Counted from the stretch's first letter, positions 44,325 through 54,714 are shown. The stretch is 64,000 bases of DNA from an uncultured Deinococcaceae bacterium (GCA_964252075.1 CAXULY010000002.1:160001-224000); one strand, 5' to 3'. The notes: a model not told the origin generated them from the letters alone. Made by a program: numbers and translations.

Positions 44325-45113
44325 TCAGTTCAGGGGGCGCGTGCCGGCGGGCAGTGCGCCGCCCGCGAAGAGGTCGGCGGCGGCGTCCTGCAGCGCCGTG
44401 AGGGCCACGCGCTGCGTGAACGGCCCGGTGGAGACGCGCGCCACGCCGAGCGCCTGCAGTTCGCGGGCGGGCAGGCTTACGCCGGGCACGCTGATCACCG
44501 TGAGCTTCTGCGGCCCGAAGGCCTCCGCGACCCGCTGAATCTCGTCGCGCGCCACGAGGCCCGGCACGAACACCACGGGCGCGCCCGCGTCGAGGTAGGC
44601 GCGGCCGCGGCGGATCGCCTCGTCCAGCACCTGCGCGCGCGGGGTGTCGGCGCCCGCGCGCAGCAGGGCGTCGGTGCGGGCGTTCAGCACGAAGGGAATG
44701 CCCGCCGCGCGCCCGGCCTCCATCACGGCCTGCACGGCCTCCACTGCGGCGTCCAGGGGCTTCATCTGGTCCTCGAGGTTCCCGCCGACCACGCCGATCT
44801 CGATGGCGCGCCGGGCGGTCTCGCCGGGGTTGCCGTAGCCCGCCTCGAAATCCATGGTGACGGGCAGGTTCACGGCCTGCACAATGCGGCGCACCATGTC
44901 GAGGTGCAGTTCCAGCGGGATGCGCTCGCCGTCCTCGTAGCCGAAGGTGGAGGCGATGGAGTGGCTGGCAGTCGCGAGGGCGCGCGCGCCGGGCGTGTTC
45001 GCCACCACCTGCGCGGACACCACGTCCCAGACGTTCGCGAGGGTGAGGATCTCGGGGGCGGTGTGCAGGTCGAGCAGGGTCTGGGCGCGGGCGGCGAGGT
45101 CGGTGCGGGTCAT
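44325..45113 (-). CDS. Isocitrate lyase / PEP mutase family protein
   Basis: NVWDVVSA, ATAS, DFEAGYG, NLEDQ, NARTD, VFVPG. Confidence 0.9.
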   Translation of the reverse strand: MTRTDLAARAQTLLDLHTAPEILTLANVWDVVSAQVVANTPGARALATASHSIASTFGYEDGERIPLELHLDMVRRIVQAVNLPVTMDFEAGYGNPGETARRAIEIGVVGGNLEDQMKPLDAAVEAVQAVMEAGRAAGIPFVLNARTDALLRAGADTPRAQVLDEAIRRGRAYLDAGAPVVFVPGLVARDEIQRVAEAFGPQKLTVISVPGVSLPARELQALGVARVSTGPFTQRVALTALQDAAADLFAGGALPAGTRPLN

Positions 45114-45133
45114 GGGGTGCTCCTTGGGTGGGG

Positions 45134-45712
45134 TCAGGCGGCGGTGAGGGCGTCCAGCAGGCGCTGGCCGGCGGCGTGGAAGCGTCCGGGGTCGCGGTAC
45201 GAGCGAGCGAGCAGCATGGCGCCCTCCAGCGTCGCGAGGACGGACGACGCGGCGTCCTGGGGCGCGCCGGGGTAGCGCAGGTCACCGCGGGCGCGCCCCT
45301 CGGTGAGGACCTGCGTGAGCCAGCGTTCGTTCAGGTCGAAGAACGCGCGCACCTCACGCTGCATGGCTTCGGGCAGGGTGTTGTAGTCCCCGGCGAGCAC
45401 CGCGCACAGGCAGATGCGTCCGTCCTCGTGCACGACCGCGCGGTAGCCGTGCAGGTAGGCCCTCAGGCGCTCGGCGGGCGGGGCGCCCGTGGTGTCGAGC
45501 TGCGCGAGCTGCCTTTCGAGGCGCGCGCGGTAGCGCTGCACGAGCGCCACGCCGAGGTCGGCCTTGCTGGGGAAGTGGTAGTGGACGCTGGCGTTGCGGA
45601 TGCCGAGCCGCGCGCTGAGGTCGGCGTAGCTGATGGCGTTGAAGCCGCGTTCCTGAACGAGGTGCTGGGCGATGTCAAGGAGGTCGTTCCGGGTGTCCGC
45701 GCGCTCCGCCAT
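45134..45712 (-). CDS. TetR/AcrR family regulator
   Basis: GFNAISYADLS..LGIRNASVHYHFPSKADL. Confidence 0.93.
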   Translation of the reverse strand: MAERADTRNDLLDIAQHLVQERGFNAISYADLSARLGIRNASVHYHFPSKADLGVALVQRYRARLERQLAQLDTTGAPPAERLRAYLHGYRAVVHEDGRICLCAVLAGDYNTLPEAMQREVRAFFDLNERWLTQVLTEGRARGDLRYPGAPQDAASSVLATLEGAMLLARSYRDPGRFHAAGQRLLDALTAA

Positions 45713-45721
45713 GGGCCCACT

Positions 45722-45743
45722 ATCTACTTACCAGTAGGTAGAT
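45722..45743. promoter_or_regulatory. Probable TetR operator palindrome
   Basis: ATCTACtTAC-CA-GTAgGTAGAT immediately upstream of the tetR start. Confidence 0.7.
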
Positions 45744-45824
45744 GTCAAGGGCAGAGGTGACATCACCGCTGTGGGTTTATCGAAAACAAGGAAACGAGCC
45801 AGCGACATTCCCTATCTTCAAGGG

Positions 45825-46592
45825 GTGAAAGCCCAACCAGACACCGGCAGCGGCGCGCCCGCGCCCATCGTCGTGGCCCGCGACGTGCGCAAGCGCTTCG
45901 GGAGTTTCGAGGCGCTGCGCGGCGTCAGCATGAGCGTCCTGCCCGGCGAGGTGGTCGTGATCATCGGGCCGTCCGGCAGCGGCAAGAGCACCTTCATCCG
46001 CACCCTGAACGCCCTCGAACCGCACGACGCCGGCGAGATCCGCGTGGACGGCACCGAGCTGCGCCCCGGTGCGGCGCTGCGCCGCATCCGCCAGGAGGTC
46101 GGCATGGTGTTCCAGTCCTTCAACCTCTTCCCACACCTCACCGTGCGGCAAAACGTCACGCTGGCCCCCACCCGCGTGCGCCGCGTGAGCCGCGCGCAAG
46201 CCGAACAGCGCGCCGACGCGCTCCTGCAGCGCGTCGGCATTCGTGAGCAGGCGGACAAGTACCCCGCGCAGCTCTCCGGCGGGCAGCAGCAGCGCGTCGC
46301 CATCGCGCGCGCCCTGGCGATGGAACCGAAGGTCATGCTGTTCGACGAACCCACCAGCGCCCTCGACCCCGAGATGATCAAGGAGGTGCTGGACGTCATC
46401 AAGGAACTCGCGAAGTCCGGCATGACGATGCTCGTCGTGACGCACGAAATGGGCTTCGCGCGCGAGGTCGCGGACCGCGTGGTGTTCTTCGACCAGGGCG
46501 CCATCGTGGAGGAAGCCACCCCGCAGGCGTTCTATGCAAACCCGCAGCACCCGCGCTCCCGGCAGTTCCTCAGCCAGATCCTCGGGCACTGA
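45825..46592 (+). CDS. Polar amino acid ABC transporter ATP-binding protein (GlnQ-like)
   Basis: [36 protein letters not shown]; start placed at GTG 45825 after TATCTT-6nt. Confidence 0.93.
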   Translation: MKAQPDTGSGAPAPIVVARDVRKRFGSFEALRGVSMSVLPGEVVVIIGPSGSGKSTFIRTLNALEPHDAGEIRVDGTELRPGAALRRIRQEVGMVFQSFNLFPHLTVRQNVTLAPTRVRRVSRAQAEQRADALLQRVGIREQADKYPAQLSGGQQQRVAIARALAMEPKVMLFDEPTSALDPEMIKEVLDVIKELAKSGMTMLVVTHEMGFAREVADRVVFFDQGAIVEEATPQAFYANPQHPRSRQFLSQILGH

Positions 46593-46622
46593 ACGCCGGG
46601 TAGCCTGCCCTCCCGCTCCGTC

Positions 46623-47288
46623 TCAGGTGGCGGCGCGGTACGGGCGGTTCGCGCGGTGCTCCAGGAGCGCGAACACGCGCGACGCGACGTTCGACAGCAC
46701 CAGGTAGATGAGGCCCGTCGCGGCGTACAGTGCGACGGGCTGGTACGTCACCGACACGAGGCCGCGCGTGGTGAGCAGCAGCTCCGTCACCGTGATGACG
46801 GACGCGAGGCTGGTGTCCTTCAGCAGGCCGATGAACTGATTCCCGAGTGCCGGGAGCGCCACGCGGATCGCCTGCGGCAGCAGGATCTCGAACAGCACCC
46901 GCGCCGGGCTCAGGCCGAGGGCGCTCGCCGCCTCACGCTGCCCGACCGGCACGGCCAGCAGGCTGCCGCGCACGATCTCCGCCGTGTACGCCCCAGCGAA
47001 CAGGCTGAGGCCGATGGCGGCGGTCGTGAAGGCCGGGAGCGTCACGTGCGTGAGCTGCGGCAGCGCGAAGTACAGAAAGAACAGCTGCACCAGCAGCGGC
47101 GTACCGCGGAACAGCTCGATGTACGCGATGGCCAGCCAACGCAGCGGCCACACGCGGGACGACTTCGCGGTCGCCGCGATGAGGCCCAGCAGCAGGCCGC
47201 CGACGCTCGCGAGGAGCGTCAGGGCGAGCGTGATGCGCGCGCCCTGCCACAGGCCGTTCAGCACGTCCGGGTTGAGCAGGACGTTCAC
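46623..47288 (-). CDS. Amino acid ABC transporter permease
   Basis: FRGTPLLVQL, AEIVRG, LKDTSL. Confidence 0.93.
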   Translation of the reverse strand: MNVLLNPDVLNGLWQGARITLALTLLASVGGLLLGLIAATAKSSRVWPLRWLAIAYIELFRGTPLLVQLFFLYFALPQLTHVTLPAFTTAAIGLSLFAGAYTAEIVRGSLLAVPVGQREAASALGLSPARVLFEILLPQAIRVALPALGNQFIGLLKDTSLASVITVTELLLTTRGLVSVTYQPVALYAATGLIYLVLSNVASRVFALLEHRANRPYRAAT

Positions 47289-47303
47289 GCCCCGCCCCCC
47301 GGT

Positions 47304-48074
47304 TTACTTCCCTGGGGCACTGAGGTCCAGGCCCACCCAGCGCTGCGAGATCTTCTTGATGGTGCCGTCGGCGCGCATGGCGTCCAGCGCCTTGTTCACG
47401 GCGGCCTTGAGCGCCGGGGCGTTCTTCGCGAAGGTCACGTAGGTCTCGTCGGACGCCAGCACCGGGCCCGCGGGCTTCATCTGCACGCCCTTCTTGACGG
47501 CGACCGCACCCACGGACTTCTCCGTCAGGAAGCCCGACACGCGACCCGAGCCCATGGCGAGGAAGCCTTCCTGCTCGCCGGAGAACGTCACGATCTTGTC
47601 GTGCCCCTGCTTCTTCAGGAGCGTCTCGAAGATGGTGCCGAGCGCCACGCCGACCGGCTGGCCCTTCAGCGCCGCGAGGCTGGTGGCCGAGGAGTTCTGC
47701 GGCACGAACAGCTGCACGCCGTCGTAGTAGTACGGCTTGTCGCTGAAATCCACGGCCTTGGCGCGCTCCGGGGTCTTGCTCTGCGACGCCACCGCGAGGT
47801 CGAAGGTGCCCGCCTGCAGGCCCGCGATGATGGACGGGAATTCCGTCTTCACGACGTTCACCTTCACGCCGAGTCGCTTGCCGATCTCATTCGCGATGTC
47901 CACGTCGAAGCCCTCAAGGCCGCCCTTGAGGCTCGGCTGCGAGAACGGCGGGTACTCGCCGGACATGGCGACCGTGAGGGTGCCCTTCTGCTTGATCTGG
48001 TTGAGGTCCGCGGCGAGCGCGGCGCTGGTCAGGGCGAGGGCGCCCAGGGCGACGAGGGAAAACGTTCGTTTCAT
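47304..48074 (-). CDS. Amino acid ABC transporter substrate-binding protein (family 3)
   Basis: Signal peptide, YPPFS, GFDVDIA, TPERAKAVDFS. Confidence 0.92.
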   Translation of the reverse strand: MKRTFSLVALGALALTSAALAADLNQIKQKGTLTVAMSGEYPPFSQPSLKGGLEGFDVDIANEIGKRLGVKVNVVKTEFPSIIAGLQAGTFDLAVASQSKTPERAKAVDFSDKPYYYDGVQLFVPQNSSATSLAALKGQPVGVALGTIFETLLKKQGHDKIVTFSGEQEGFLAMGSGRVSGFLTEKSVGAVAVKKGVQMKPAGPVLASDETYVTFAKNAPALKAAVNKALDAMRADGTIKKISQRWVGLDLSAPGK

Positions 48075-48339
48075 GGTGAGGTCCTCCAGAGGTGATGGGT
48101 GTGGTGGGTGACGAACCCATCAGTCAACTCTGCCATAGGGTGAAAACGTGCAGTTGTGTGACCAGACGCCAAGGCGGGAGTGATGACGCTTCCTTAAGTT
48201 CGCCTTCGGGGGCGGTGAAGGTCCGGTGTCCGTTTGATTGAAAACCGCTCAGGGCGCCTCATCCGGGAGGCCCCGCATTGTGGTGAAGCGGAGCACGCAC
48301 ACCCAACCAGACCGGCCCGTGGTCCGTTGAAGCGCGGGC

Positions 48340-48966
48340 TCAGGCCGAGGCACCCGTGCGACTCAGCCCGTAGCACGCGAGGATGTTCCCGGAGCCCTGC
48401 CACGTGCGCGTGTGCAGGAGCTTGAGGGACACGGGTGGCCGACCCACGAACAGCGGCGTGCCCTCACCGGCGATCAGCGGGAAGACCATGAGGTGCAGTT
48501 CATCCACGAGGTCGTGGGCGAGCAGGTGGTTCCAGAGCGTGCGGCCCGCGAACATGAAGACCTCGCGGCCCGGCGTGCCCTTCAACGCCGCCACGGCCCG
48601 CGCGGCGTCCCCAACGGGCACGATGCGGGTGCTGGCGTCCCACGGGACGAGCTCGGCGGGCGTGATGCGGTCCGAGACGACGAGCTTGTCCATGCGGGCC
48701 TGCAGGCCCGCCATTTCCCGGCGGATGGCGGTGGCGCTGGGGTCGTCCGGCACGCCCGTCCAGTACCGCATGTTGTCCACGAAGTTCTTGCGTCCGTTGA
48801 AGATCAGGGTGTCGGCGGCGCGCATGCGTTCCGCCATGTAGTGGTCGAAGTGCTCATCCCCGGCGTAGTCCGGGTGGAAGTGCTCGAAGATGGCGTTCAG
48901 GTCGCGGTTCCGGCCCTCGTAGTAGCCGTCGAGCGTGACCAGGTTGCCCACGATGAGTTTCCGCAT
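48340..48966 (-). CDS. Dihydrofolate reductase / RibD C-terminal domain protein
   Basis: MRKLIV...[24 protein letters not shown]. Confidence 0.88.
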   Translation of the reverse strand: MRKLIVGNLVTLDGYYEGRNRDLNAIFEHFHPDYAGDEHFDHYMAERMRAADTLIFNGRKNFVDNMRYWTGVPDDPSATAIRREMAGLQARMDKLVVSDRITPAELVPWDASTRIVPVGDAARAVAALKGTPGREVFMFAGRTLWNHLLAHDLVDELHLMVFPLIAGEGTPLFVGRPPVSLKLLHTRTWQGSGNILACYGLSRTGASA

Positions 48967-49145
48967 GGCGGCTTCCTCCCTGCTGTGGCGCGGCCCCGCC
49001 GCGCGTGATGGCGTGACCCCGGGTGAAGGCGCGTGCTCCGGGCGTCGCGCTCCGGAGTGATGGGTTCGTGCTCGCCCACCTTATTCTGTAATGGACAGAA
49101 CGTCAAGCGGGATTTTTTGAGCGCACCCAGGCCCCACGCCTGCAC

Positions 49146-50804
49146 TCAGCGGACGGCCTGCGCCACCGCGCGCCCCGCCGCCCGCCCACTGAAGATGCAG
49201 CCGCCCAGGAACGTGCCCTCCAGGGACCGGTACCCGTGCACGCCGCCCCCACCGAAGCCCGCCACCTCGCCCGCCGCGTACAGGCCCGGCATGGGCTCAC
49301 CGTCCGCGCCCAGCACGCGGCCCTGCAGGTCCGTCTCCAGCCCCCCAAGCGACTTGCGCGTCAGGATGTTCAGCCGCACCGCGATCAGCGGGCCGCCCGC
49401 CGGGTCGAGGATCGGCGCGGGCGTGGCCACCCGCACGAAACGCTCGCTCAGCACGCTCCGCGCGTTGCGCACCACCGCCAGCTGCGGGTCCTTCCCGGCG
49501 GGGTTGAGGGTCTGCGCGTCGCGGTCCCGCACCTCCCGCTCCACCACGGTGAGGTCCACGAGGTCATTGCCGGTCAGGGCGTTCATGCCGCGCACCAGGT
49601 CCGGCAGCGTGTCCCGCACCACGAAGTCCGCGCCGCGCTCCATGAAGGACCGCACGGGCCCCTGCACGTCCCGCCCGAGCCGCCGCAAGGTCAGCGGGAC
49701 GCTGCGGCCTGTGAGGTCCGGGTTCTGCTCGCTGCCGGACAGCGCGAACTCCCGCTTGATGATGGCGCGGTTCAGCACGAACCACGTGTACGGGTGGTGC
49801 GTGGTGATGAACTGCAGCGTGTCGAGGGAACTCGCGCCCGGAATGTGCGGGAAGGGCAGGCGGCGGCCCGTCGGGTCCAGCCACAGGCTGCTGGGGCCGG
49901 GCAGGATGCGAATCCCGTGGTTCGGCCAGATGGGGTTCCAGTTGCGCAGGCCCTCGGTGTAGTGCCACATGCGGTCCGGGTTGATGAGCCGCGCGCCCGC
50001 GCGGCCCACCTCCTGCTGCAGCAGGCCGTCCACGTGCTTCGGCACGCCGGACACCATAAACTCGGGCGCGGGCCCGAGGCGCTCGGTCGGCCAGTATCGC
50101 CGCACCAGCGCGTGGTTTCCGCCGAGCCCGCCGGACGTCACGAGGACCGCCTGCGCGTTCAGGCTGAAGTCCCCCACCACCACGCGGGAACTCGGCTCGC
50201 CGCGCATCACGTCGGAGGGCTCCAGCAGGTCGCCGTGCACGCCGTGCACGACGCCCGCGGTGAGGTTCAGGCCGCGCACGCGGTGCCGGAACGCGAAGGT
50301 GATGCGCCCCGCGCGCTGGTGTTCGCGCACGCGCCGCTCGAAGGGCTCCAGGACGCCCGGGCCGGTGCCCCACGTCACGTGGAAGCGCGGCACGCTGTTG
50401 CCGGGCTGACCGGCACCCGCCGCGCCGCGCTCCGCCCAGCCCACCGCCGGGAACCAGCGCAGGCCCTGCGCGTGCAGCCACGCGCGCTTCTCACCCGCCG
50501 CGAAATCCACGTAGGCTTCCGCCCAGCGCCTCGGCCAGTGGTCCTCCGGGCGGTCGAAGCGCGCGGTGGTCATCCAGTCGCGCAGGGCCAGCTCGCGCGA
50601 GTCGCGGATGCCGAGCCGCCGCTGCTCCGGGGAGTTCACCAGGAACAGCCCCCCGAACGACCAGTAGGCCTGCCCCCCGAGGTTCTGCTCGCCCTCCTGG
50701 TCCAGCAGCAGGACGGTCCGCCCGGCGTCGGCGATCTCGGCGGCGGCGACGAGTCCGGCGAGACCCGCGCCCACCACGAGGACATCGGCATCAAGCGTTG
50801 GCAT
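49146..50804 (-). CDS. FAD-binding dehydrogenase (FAD_binding_2 / KsdD-like)
   Basis: VVGAGLAG, GGQAYWSFGG, RFHVTWGTG, GLYAAGE, LEGTFLGGC. Confidence 0.9.
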   Translation of the reverse strand: MPTLDADVLVVGAGLAGLVAAAEIADAGRTVLLLDQEGEQNLGGQAYWSFGGLFLVNSPEQRRLGIRDSRELALRDWMTTARFDRPEDHWPRRWAEAYVDFAAGEKRAWLHAQGLRWFPAVGWAERGAAGAGQPGNSVPRFHVTWGTGPGVLEPFERRVREHQRAGRITFAFRHRVRGLNLTAGVVHGVHGDLLEPSDVMRGEPSSRVVVGDFSLNAQAVLVTSGGLGGNHALVRRYWPTERLGPAPEFMVSGVPKHVDGLLQQEVGRAGARLINPDRMWHYTEGLRNWNPIWPNHGIRILPGPSSLWLDPTGRRLPFPHIPGASSLDTLQFITTHHPYTWFVLNRAIIKREFALSGSEQNPDLTGRSVPLTLRRLGRDVQGPVRSFMERGADFVVRDTLPDLVRGMNALTGNDLVDLTVVEREVRDRDAQTLNPAGKDPQLAVVRNARSVLSERFVRVATPAPILDPAGGPLIAVRLNILTRKSLGGLETDLQGRVLGADGEPMPGLYAAGEVAGFGGGGVHGYRSLEGTFLGGCIFSGRAAGRAVAQAVR

Positions 50805-50888
50805 GACGGTGCTCCTTCCAGGCCAGACGCGCGCGGCGCTCCAGCGACGCCCCCATTATGCGGCGGGCGGTTCCGGCTGACCCCGCGC

Positions 50889-52304
50889 TCAGTTGAGCAG
50901 TCGGTCATCGGGGGGGTGGACCGGCGGGGCGTCCTGCACCGCGTGACCGTGCGGGGAGGCCGCCGCGACCCGCGTGAAGAAATCGCGCGCCTCCGGCTGC
51001 GGCAAGGGGGTGCTCCAGGGCACCTTGAGCCACGGGCTGGCGGGGTCCTCGCGCAGGAGGGTCAGCGTCCGGTCGAGGCCCCCGTCCTGCTCGTGCGCCT
51101 CCGCGCCGTGGCCTTTCAGGCGGCGCCACAGCACGCGGCCCGCGCGGTACCCGTCCGCGAGCGCCTCCCAGCTGGCGTACCGGTCCTGCAGCGCGCGGCT
51201 GGCGTGCAGCAGCAGGTTCTCGGCCTCCTGCGGGGTCAGGTGCCCGACGGAGGCGGCGTTCACGGTGACCTGCACCATCCGCACGAGGTCCCACGCGAGC
51301 ACATCCGCCTGGGGCGCGCTGGGCTGACGCGCCTGCAGGGCGCGCAGCGGGGCGCGGTGCCCCTCGTGATGCAGCCACATCAGGGTGTCGAGCGCGCCGT
51401 CGCGGTCGTGAATGCCCCAGTCGCGCTGCAGGATCTCGGGGATGTGCGGGTCGTCGCACACCAGCAGGTCAATGGGGTCCCCCCACCACGCGCGGTAGAT
51501 GGCGGCCACCGCGAGCGCCCAGTTCAGGCTGGACGGGGTGAAGTCCACCTCGCGGATGTACACGATCACCTCACTCAGGTGCGCGCGGAGCGCTCGGTCA
51601 GAGAAGTCATTGAAGGCCGGTTCGGGCAGCGGCGCACTCCACGCCACCTGCTGCCACGGGCTTGTCCGCTGATGCGTGAGGACCTGCACGGCCTCACGCA
51701 GGCTGCGCAGGCGCGCGTCGGACGCCGGGGTGCGCTCGATGCTCTTGTGCACGCGGTTCACGATCATGCCCGCCACGAAGGCCTCGCCGTACTCCGCCCA
51801 GCTGCCGTAGGTGCGTTGCAGCGCCCGCGCGGGGTGCAGCATCAGCACCTGCGTTTCCTCCGGCGTGAGGAGGCCCATCGTGCAGCCTGCCACGCACAGG
51901 TGCAGGGCGCGCGCGAGGTCGAAGGCCAGCAGGTCCTGCTGCGGCAGGCTCGGCTCGGCGCGCTGCAGGGCCCGCATGGGGCGGCGCGCGCCCTGGTGCG
52001 TGAGCTGCGCGATGTTGCGCAGCAGGTCGTCGCGCGTCTGAACGCCCCACTGGCCCTCCAGCACGTGCTTGAACTGCGGTCGGCCCTCCAGGTCCATGAG
52101 TTTGTCCACGGGCCGCTCCAGCCACACGCTGTAGATGGCGTTCGCGGCGAGCAGCCAGCGTTCCGTCGGGGGGGCTTCACCCTGCGGGTTCGCGCGCAGG
52201 ATCAGGGCGCGGCCCGCGCGGTACAGGGACCGCCGCCGGCGCTGGCGGCGCAGGATCAGGGCGGTCACCACGGCCAGCAGCAGCACCACGAACAGGACGG
52301 CCAC
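50889..52304 (-). CDS. Membrane-anchored protein with two DUF1266-like domains
   Basis: N-terminal TM plus poly-Arg; two copies of L..WG....../LA[FW]DL.R/GxLTP.E/YxSW..Y..G pattern. Confidence 0.7.
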   Translation of the reverse strand: MAVLFVVLLLAVVTALILRRQRRRRSLYRAGRALILRANPQGEAPPTERWLLAANAIYSVWLERPVDKLMDLEGRPQFKHVLEGQWGVQTRDDLLRNIAQLTHQGARRPMRALQRAEPSLPQQDLLAFDLARALHLCVAGCTMGLLTPEETQVLMLHPARALQRTYGSWAEYGEAFVAGMIVNRVHKSIERTPASDARLRSLREAVQVLTHQRTSPWQQVAWSAPLPEPAFNDFSDRALRAHLSEVIVYIREVDFTPSSLNWALAVAAIYRAWWGDPIDLLVCDDPHIPEILQRDWGIHDRDGALDTLMWLHHEGHRAPLRALQARQPSAPQADVLAWDLVRMVQVTVNAASVGHLTPQEAENLLLHASRALQDRYASWEALADGYRAGRVLWRRLKGHGAEAHEQDGGLDRTLTLLREDPASPWLKVPWSTPLPQPEARDFFTRVAAASPHGHAVQDAPPVHPPDDRLLN

Positions 52305-52327
52305 CCGGCCATCCTACCCCGCGCCCG

Positions 52328-53167
52328 TCAGGTCGGGGCGGGCCAGTTCAGCGTGCGGCGCAGGCTGCCGCCCAGAATCCAGGCTTTGTCGGCGTCGCTG
52401 AGGCCCGGCGCGTCGCGCACGGCGTGCAGGGATTCCGCCCAGCTGTGGTGGTCGCGGCTTTCGCTGTGGTCGCTGCCCCACATCACGCGCTGCGGCCCGA
52501 AGGCGTCCACCACGCGCAGCAGCATCTCCTGCACGTCCGGGTACGGGAAGGCGTGCGCCGAGAGGCGCGGCGCGTGACTCCACTTCAGCGACACGTTCGG
52601 GTGCGCGGCGAGCGCCAGCACGTCCGCGAAGCCCTCGAAGCGGTCGTCGGGGACAGGCGCGGTCGGGAGGCGCACGCCGCAGTGGTCCACGATGACCTGC
52701 ACGTCCGGGAAGCGCGCGAGGTACGGGCGCAGGTCGCGCGTGCGGCCGGGCAGCAGCACGAACACCGGCACGCCGTGGCGTTCCGCGGCCGCGAAGATGG
52801 GCGCGTCTTCGCCCGCCGCGAAGCGCTCGAAGCCCTCCGGCGTCCAGGGCGTGACGCGCAGCGCAAGACGGCCCGGCGTGTGGCGCACGCTCGCGATCAG
52901 GGCGTCCAGGTCCGGGTCGTCGCGGTGCACGCGGATGAGGTACGCGAAGCGCTCCGGGTGGCTGAGCGCCGCGGCTTCCGCGAGCGGGTACACGTGCCGG
53001 AACGCGCCGTTCGGGAGTTCGTACCCCGGCAGAATGCGGGCGTGCGCGTCGAACCCCCAGTACTCGTCGTACAGCAGGGCGCGCACGCCCGCGGCGTCCA
53101 TCGCGGCGAGGCCCGCGTTGAGGTCCCCGAGCTTGTTGAGGTGCACCTGCGCGTCAACGATGTCCAT
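52328..53167 (-). CDS. Amidohydrolase family protein (Amidohydro_2)
   Basis: IVDAQVH, VDHCG, LKWS, FGPQRVMWGSD. Confidence 0.88.
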   Translation of the reverse strand: MDIVDAQVHLNKLGDLNAGLAAMDAAGVRALLYDEYWGFDAHARILPGYELPNGAFRHVYPLAEAAALSHPERFAYLIRVHRDDPDLDALIASVRHTPGRLALRVTPWTPEGFERFAAGEDAPIFAAAERHGVPVFVLLPGRTRDLRPYLARFPDVQVIVDHCGVRLPTAPVPDDRFEGFADVLALAAHPNVSLKWSHAPRLSAHAFPYPDVQEMLLRVVDAFGPQRVMWGSDHSESRDHHSWAESLHAVRDAPGLSDADKAWILGGSLRRTLNWPAPT

Positions 53168-54509
53168 GCTGGCCCTCCAGGCCGCGCGGGACGAGCCACA
53201 CTTCGGCGGCGCTCCCGATGGCGAGTGCCCGGGCGTCCGCGCCGGGCAGCGTGATGACCTGCAGGCCCACCGGCAGGCCCGCCGCGTCGTGGCCCGCGCA
53301 CACGGACAGCGCCGGGAAGCCCGTGAGGTTGTGCGGTCCGGTCCAGCGCGCCTCCGCCGCGCCCTCGTCGCCCGCGATGGCGGGGTCCTCGTGCGGCGCG
53401 ACCCACGGGGCGGTGGGGCTCAGCAGCGCGTCCACCGTCTCGAAGGCCTGCAGGCAGCGGCGGCTCAGCAGGCGGCGGAACTGCTGCGCGCGCACGTACG
53501 TGACGGCCGGGACGGTGAAGCCCAGTTCCAGCTGCGTGCGCGTCATGGGCGCGTAGTCCTGTGCGTGCGCGCGCAGCCACGGGTCGTGCGCGGCGCTCGC
53601 CTCCGGCAGGAGGACCTGCATCAGGGCGTCGTCCGCGAGGGCCAGCTCGGGCAGGTGCACCTCGCTGAGGGTCGCGCCCTGCGCTTCCAGCGCCGCGAGC
53701 GCCGCCCGGAACACCTCGCGCACCCCGGGCTGCAGGGCGTCCGGCTGGGCGTACCCGCTGAGCACGCCGAGGCGCAGTCCCGCCACGCCGCGCGGCGCGG
53801 CGTGCGGGCGGCCGGTGAGGGCCTCCAGGGTGAGGCGCGCGTCCTCGCTGCGGCGCGCGAGGGGCCCCGCGTGGTCCAGGGACCACGACAGCGGGAAGAC
53901 GCCCTCCAGGTCCACCGCGCCATAGGTGGGTTTGAGGCCCGCGACGCCGCAGTACGCGGCGGGAATGCGAATGGACCCGCCGGTGTCCGTGCCGATCGCC
54001 GCGAAGCACAGCCCGGCGGCGACCGCGGCGGCCGAGCCGCCACTCGACCCGCCCGCCGTCCGGTCCGCGTCGTGTGGGTTGTTGGCCTGCCCGTAATCCG
54101 GGTGCGCGACGCCGTACGCGAACTCCAGCATGTTCGTCTTGCCGAGCAGCACCGCGCCCGCCGCTTCCAGCCGCGCGGCGAGCGGCGCGGTGCGCTCCGG
54201 CACGAACGCGGCGCGGATGCGCGAACCGCAGGTGGTGGGCACGCCCGCCACGTCCACCAGGTCCTTGAGGGCGATGGGAACGCCGTGCAGCGGCCCGCGG
54301 TCCTGCCCGGCGCGCAGGTCCGCCTCGGCGCGCCGAGCCTGCGCCCGGGCGCGCTCGGCGGTGACGGTGATGAAGGCGTTCAGGGTGGGGTTCAGCGCCT
54401 CGATGCGCGCGAGGAGCAACTCGGTGACCTCCACGGGCGACGCGGCGCCCGAACGGTAGTGCCGACCGAGGCCTGCGATGTCCTCGAAGGCGAGGTCAGC
54501 GTCCGTCAC
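53154..54509 (-). CDS. Amidase signature family enzyme (GatA/AtzE-like)
   Basis: GVPIALKD, GKTNMLEF, GGSSGGS, GTDTGGSIRIPA. Confidence 0.93.
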   Translation of the reverse strand: MTDADLAFEDIAGLGRHYRSGAASPVEVTELLLARIEALNPTLNAFITVTAERARAQARRAEADLRAGQDRGPLHGVPIALKDLVDVAGVPTTCGSRIRAAFVPERTAPLAARLEAAGAVLLGKTNMLEFAYGVAHPDYGQANNPHDADRTAGGSSGGSAAAVAAGLCFAAIGTDTGGSIRIPAAYCGVAGLKPTYGAVDLEGVFPLSWSLDHAGPLARRSEDARLTLEALTGRPHAAPRGVAGLRLGVLSGYAQPDALQPGVREVFRAALAALEAQGATLSEVHLPELALADDALMQVLLPEASAAHDPWLRAHAQDYAPMTRTQLELGFTVPAVTYVRAQQFRRLLSRRCLQAFETVDALLSPTAPWVAPHEDPAIAGDEGAAEARWTGPHNLTGFPALSVCAGHDAAGLPVGLQVITLPGADARALAIGSAAEVWLVPRGLEGQHGHR

Positions 54510-54714
54510 GCGGCGCCTCGGGCCACAGGGGGGCGGTGGCGCTCAGGGGGCCCAGGTCGAGGGCCTGGAGGCGCTGCGCGCCGAGCAACAGCGCCTCCAA
54601 GTGGGGCGCGAGCGCTTCGGCGCGCCCGGCGGTCAGGCGGAGGCCTGCGCAGGCGGCGAGGTCCTGCACGAGCGCCGCGCTGATGGGCGGTGGTGCGTGT
54701 GGGGCAGGGGGCAC
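54496..54714 (-). CDS. Small GatC/AtzG-like amidase partner (72 aa)
   Basis: Overlaps the amidase start; VQDLAACAGLRL...RAEALAPHLEALL..AQRLQALDL helical pattern; start uncertain. Confidence 0.55.
   Translation of the reverse strand: MPPAPHAPPPISAALVQDLAACAGLRLTAGRAEALAPHLEALLLGAQRLQALDLGPLSATAPLWPEAPRDGR

Noticed and set aside
48075..48339. Possible riboswitch or T-box upstream of the amino-acid SBP
   Set aside because: Only a modest hairpin (TGATGGGT..ACCCATCA); no recognisable conserved aptamer motifs. An Rfam search would settle it.
49236..52577. 1113-aa plus-strand ORF
   Set aside because: Antisense shadow of well-supported minus-strand genes; typical high-GC artefact.
53154..54509. 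gatA call
   Set aside because: No gatB is present and the context is catabolic; kept as a generic amidase.
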